Shown here: piece by piece, positions 61,701 to 64,000 of the stretch
Numbering within the stretch: the stretch's first letter is position 1
How the letters are laid out: the number at the start of each line of letters is the position of its first letter
NCBI GenBank assembly: GCA_964252035.1
Contig: OZ176204.1
From: Podarcis erhardii
Taxonomy: Eukaryota
DNA: 64,000 bases
Reading direction: 5' to 3' (one strand)
Notes under the pieces: model-generated
Database searches by the model: none
Seen by the model: the letters and a program-made list of their open reading frames with translations, nothing else
Told to the model about the DNA's origin: nothing
Program-made: the position numbers and the translations under genes

Positions 61701-63847
61701 TCCATGCTCTGGTAACTTCCAGGTTTGACTACTGCATTGGACTGTATGTGGGGCTGCATTTGAAGGCTGCCTGTAAACTGCAATTATATGCATACCTGTC
61801 AACGTTTCCCTTTTTTAAAGGGAAATTCCCTTATTCCCAATAGGATTCCTCACAAGAAAAGGGAAAAGTTGACAGCTATGATTATATGTGAAATGGGCAG
61901 AGATGCAATTAAACAAATCATTATTTTCTGTCACCGGAACCAACGTGTTGGATAACCCCTCTCTCTTTCTCGCCAGAGACCTCTAAGACATTCCGCTGGA
62001 GTTTTACATGAAAGTCTGGCGCCATTTATTAGAAAGCATGACACAGCTTGGAGGTTTATCTTGCAAAATGCATATGGGCAGGCTGAAAGTTAGTTATGTG
62101 GCTCCTCTTAAACTGCACAAAGACGTATACAGAAACAGGACTGGGTGTGGACTTCTGTTTTGCTGCAGGGTGCCTGCTGCTTCCCTCTGCCTTCCCTCCT
62201 CAAAGGACACACACAGTAGTTATAAACTAGGTGCCTATTGTCTCCTGTGCTTCAGACACAGTTTTCTTTTTGTGTTGTTTTCTCAAGTGCCTGCATGAAT
62301 AAGTCATCAAACATTTGTTCGGCAATTTATTTTTCTCTTTAAGAACTTTTTTTTTTTTACACTTAAAAAAAACCTGTTCTGGCAATTGGCACAGGAGCCT
62401 GAAACAAGGAAGCAGGCAAATGGAGCAAGGAGAGGAATGAAAGCCACATTCCTGTGCCCACTTACACAGGAGTATTTCCCATTAAGCTCACTGGAGCTTA
62501 CTTCTGCACAGACATGCACAGAATTGCACTGCATGCTGTTCTCTCAGTAGATATGAAGACTCTCCAAAGGTTGGCTCATATTTTTTCAACATTTGAGGAA
62601 GGAATATTGCACAATAAACGCACCCAGCAACTAATGGTATGTGGCTTCCATCCGCCAGACTCACTGATGTGTAAATTACGGTATGCCCCATCATCTCCTC
62701 CACCCACTTTTTAGTCATACTGTCACAAGTATGGACTCCAAAAGCAAAAGACACAATATCTCAACTTAGCGTAGTAAAATACAGGTTTCTGGTTGTATCC
62801 AAAGTCATCCCCTTAGTACAAGAACTTACACAAGAGTAATGGGAATTCCTCTCCCTCTTGTCTACACACCCACAAATCTGTTCTGGGGTTTTCCCCAATC
62901 CTAAAGAACAAATTGTGGGTGTGGGTGTACATGGGGAGAGGCAGTCCTGCTGTACAGGTGGGACTCCTCACACTAACAGACTAACTTTGCAGGGTACAGG
63001 CCTTTGTCTCCAGCACTAGGTAGACAGTATATCCCTGCATTGTGCCATAGCAAGGTACTGGAAACTCAAAAGTTGTTTGCCATCCACACCTCTTATCAGT
63101 TATCAATTCTTGTCTCATCCTGGGAAAGTTGTCAATTGCAACATCTATCCCAAAGGCAACTTCTCAGTACGTGCAGGTTCTGCTATCTAAACACAATGTG
63201 TTCCCTGAAATCGTTTGTTTGGCGAGCATTTGAATAACAAGTCATTGATCTCCATTTATTCCTATGGGGAAATTTATAACACATTCCTGATCACTGAATT
63301 TTGACTCCCCCCACCCCCGCAAAAATCAAACCAGGAAATCCCTCTGCAAAATGCACTCTGATTTGTCCCATCAGTTTCCCCTCTCTCCAACAAGCAAACA
63401 AGGAAGGAAAAAATGCTCTCGGTTCTGATATCTGAATCTGTGATGTGTACAGCGAGGTTCAGGTGTTAATTCCTCATGTTCAGTAAGTGAATATTCACCT
63501 AGTGGGTGCTTGGAAAGTGGGACCTGTGTGCATAATGGAGAAAGTAAGCTGTTGATCACAGTCTTTGGAGAAGATATGTTTTCCCTTCACAGGCTCATAA
63601 CCCAATTTTATTCTGTACCACAGTAGCCCTTGATAATAGGGAAGACCTGGTCTGGCAAAACCTGCCTTGCTATACCACTTACCTGCTGGGAAGGTGTTGG
63701 GTTGTACCATCCCTAGGAAGGAGTGCACCATACTGTACAAGCCCAGCAGGCCACCACTTGGGCCAGTGGGCTGTGGGTGATATTGAGGCTGTGTGAAGTT
63801 TTGCAGAGCCATCTTGGTAGTAGAAATGCAGGGCCCTTTCAAAGTTC
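34710..63847 (-). CDS. Prominin-family 5-TM glycoprotein (prominin-3 / prominin-1-A-like paralogue); 24 exons, 817 aa plus a probable upstream signal-peptide exon
   Basis: All 24 exons are GT-AG with compatible phases, totalling 2453 nt in one frame to TAG. Five TM segments, Cys cluster [17 protein letters not shown] and KFYRRM motifs. Many exon sizes (206, 121, 64, 90, 75, 64, 160, 153, 124, 85, 72, 54, 81, 69) equal human PROM1 sizes as recalled, but the sequence is too divergent to call PROM1. Confidence 0.95.
35330..35356 (-). CDS. Prominin window-exon 23, 27-nt micro-exon (DGAMENME)
   Basis: Long pyrimidine tract + TAG, donor GTAAGT, phase 2-2. Confidence 0.8.
36050..36275. mobile_element. 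Tigger-like MITE, family A (226 bp)
   Basis: TIR CAGTGGTACCTCGGGTT, TA TSD; reverse complement of the 8109 copy. Confidence 0.95.
36617..36729 (-). CDS. Prominin window-exon 22 (TM5; NAFWFSLG...MDDIY)
   Basis: 113 nt, TAG/GTGAGG. Confidence 0.96.
36890..37703. mobile_element. 814-bp Tigger-like MITE with internal 220-bp x2 hairpin-rich repeat
   Basis: 22-bp TIR CAGTGGTGCCTCGCAAGACGAA (1 mismatch), TA TSD; repeat units start at 37079, 37299, partial 37519. Confidence 0.93.
37998..38087 (-). CDS. Prominin window-exon 21 ([10 protein letters not shown]...VVNSL)
   Basis: 90 nt, TAG/GTGAGG. Confidence 0.94.
39018..39177. mobile_element. Tc1/mariner-superfamily MITE with CCGTATTT-type ends
   Basis: TIR CCGTATTTTTCCATGTATAAGA vs CTGCATTTTTCCATCTATAAGA, TA TSD. 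Confidence 0.85.
39508..39576 (-). CDS. Prominin window-exon 20 (ETSAFV...WAKST)
   Basis: 69 nt, TAG/GTAAGT. Confidence 0.93.
40019..40099 (-). CDS. Prominin window-exon 19 (GTANATL...DVVKN)
   Basis: 81 nt, CAG/GTGAGT. Confidence 0.92.
40552..40605 (-). CDS. Prominin window-exon 18 ([18 protein letters not shown])
   Basis: 54 nt, CAG/GTAAGC. Confidence 0.9.
40803..40898 (-). CDS. Prominin window-exon 17 (AINEKAR...FLPQM)
   Basis: 96 nt, CAG/GTGAGT. Confidence 0.92.
41582..41653 (-). CDS. Prominin window-exon 16 (INETVTK...LAENT)
   Basis: 72 nt, CAG/GTGAGT. Confidence 0.92.
42600..42746 (-). CDS. Prominin window-exon 15 (YTGNID...SALKQ)
   Basis: 147 nt, CAG/GTGAGA. Confidence 0.94.
42961..43045 (-). 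CDS. Prominin window-exon 14 (NCENNAPLW...NTSK)
   Basis: 85 nt, CAG/GTCAGT. Confidence 0.94.
43349..43586. mobile_element. Tigger-like MITE
   Basis: TA flanks, right end GAAGGTACAACTG, internal palindromes; left end degenerate. Confidence 0.75.
44111..44202 (-). CDS. Prominin window-exon 13 (FLDTPGL...SSLY)
   Basis: 92 nt, TAG/GTGAGT. Confidence 0.94.
44544..44667 (-). CDS. Prominin window-exon 12 (TM4; SVGFSFIF...HLLQ)
   Basis: 124 nt, CAG/GTAAGT. Confidence 0.96.
45139..45329 (+). mobile_element. tRNA-derived SINE
   Basis: TTTGCATGCAGAAGGTTCCAGG..TCCCTGGCATCTCC head and CAGCTTCCTAC tail. Confidence 0.8.
45386..45538 (-). CDS. Prominin window-exon 11 (TM3; WIAGLCL...GGDLFM)
   Basis: 153 nt, TAG/GTAAGA. 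Confidence 0.96.
46115..46274 (-). CDS. Prominin window-exon 10 (EGESRL...YDSYR)
   Basis: 160 nt, CAG/GTATGA. Confidence 0.94.
46572..46819. mobile_element. hAT MITE (CAGGGCCGTCTTA-type ends)
   Basis: 8-bp TSD ACTAAGCC at 46564-46571 and 46820-46827; degenerate TIRs; CpG-rich. Confidence 0.88.
46947..47128 (+). mobile_element. tRNA-derived SINE (decayed)
   Basis: GTAGCTCAGTG A box, GCATCTCC core, GAGCTTCATATGTTC tail. Confidence 0.75.
47518..47581 (-). CDS. Prominin window-exon 9 (ARKVLADIP...KVVS)
   Basis: 64 nt, CAG/GTAAGT. Confidence 0.93.
47995..48069 (-). CDS. Prominin window-exon 8 (VPDVSRPL...TIAK)
   Basis: 75 nt, CAG/GTAACA. Confidence 0.92.
48474..48664 (-). CDS. Prominin window-exon 7 (VTSSVEKEL...ANLSA)
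   Basis: 191 nt, CAG/GTAAAA. Confidence 0.93.
48770..49068 (-). mobile_element. L2 3' fragment, same family as 9136-10806
   Basis: Shared GTACCCC.CCCATCTG..CCCCAGCCA.TCTGGG.GGCTTCCAAC 3'UTR and GAGAAGGCCCT..TGGTTCCCTG segment. Confidence 0.9.
49541..49686. mobile_element. Old hAT MITE
   Basis: TTTGGCCCTCCAGA..GGACTACAGTTCCCATCA...AACATCTGGAGGGCCAAA; right flank CTCTAAAC. Confidence 0.8.
49801..49890 (-). CDS. Prominin window-exon 6 ([10 protein letters not shown]...YLLN)
   Basis: 90 nt, CAG/GTACTG. Confidence 0.92.
50620..50683 (-). CDS. Prominin window-exon 5 (EINNII...NQSLQ)
   Basis: 64 nt, CAG/GTGAGT. Confidence 0.92.
52254..52374 (-). CDS. Prominin window-exon 4 (AGDICAYV...NSIPK)
   Basis: 121 nt, CAG/GTATAT. 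Confidence 0.94.
54020..54225 (-). CDS. Prominin window-exon 3 (TM1, Cys cluster, start of TM2)
   Basis: 206 nt, TAG/GTGAGT. Confidence 0.96.
55161..55222 (-). CDS. Prominin window-exon 2 (DLLTRLIQ...AVYKE)
   Basis: 62 nt, CAG/GTGATT, phase 1-0. Confidence 0.85.
56120..56149 (+). mobile_element. Sauria-type SINE 5' head fragment
   Basis: GGGACGTGGGTGGTGCTGTGGTCTAAACCA matches the recalled GGGACGCGGGTGGCGCTGTGG..TAAACCA head. Confidence 0.7.
56503..56950 (+). mobile_element. 5'-truncated CR1 LINE 3' end
   Basis: [34 protein letters not shown]..; tail (CTATGATT)n. Confidence 0.96.
61665..61785 (+). mobile_element. Decayed L2 ORF2 fragment
   Basis: [24 protein letters not shown] aligns with [24 protein letters not shown] of the 9-10 kb L2. 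Confidence 0.75.
61791..61880. mobile_element. 90-bp hAT mini-MITE
   Basis: TIR CATA(C/G)CTGTCAAC, 8-bp TSD ATTATATG on both sides. Confidence 0.92.
63683..63847 (-). CDS. Prominin window-exon 1 (GTLKGPC...MVQPNTFPA)
   Basis: 165 nt, phase 1-1, donor GTAAGT; acceptor at 63848 is inferred. Confidence 0.8.
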
Positions 63848-64000
63848 CTGGGCAAGCTCAGAAAGATCCTGAGGAGCTTCAGATCATTTCCTTCACAGAA
63901 TCCCTGCCCTAGAAGGACAGCTGGCCTCTGCAATGGTTTCTTTTCACCCTTGCCTTGGATGGAAAGGATTTGAGAATTTTGCCCCACAAGACCAGGGAAT

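Noticed and set aside
63371-63559. Possible extra prominin exon after CCCACTAG
   Set aside because: Translation not prominin-like and no good donor; exon 63683 joins 55222 in frame without it

Overview
Vertebrate genomic DNA, most likely from a lacertid-type lizard, judging from the repeat families (Sauria-SINE head, squamate L2/CR1/L1/RTE-X LINEs, Tigger and hAT MITEs). Three protein-coding genes can be reconstructed by hand. (1) The 5' part of ARMH3/C10orf76 on the minus strand: a non-coding exon 1 plus seven coding exons, aa 1-223; the gene continues off the left edge. (2) Intronless HPS6 on the plus strand (24884-27331, 815 aa), head-to-head with ARMH3 across two CpG-rich islands. (3) A 24-exon prominin-family gene on the minus strand (34710-63847), tail-to-tail with HPS6. 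It has all five TM segments and one continuous frame, but no signal peptide in the window. Introns are dense with transposons, several with readable TSDs/TIRs. I found no clearly new multi-gene system. The best leads are: the prominin paralogue at a position where human has none, and its missing/split signal-peptide exon; a uORF whose stop overlaps the HPS6 start (ATGA); a candidate intronic-polyadenylation isoform of ARMH3; a SINE hit twice by different hAT MITEs; and a MITE carrying tandem long hairpins. Nearly all other ORFs in the six-frame track are spurious or TE fragments. All alignments are by eye or from memory; no searches were run.
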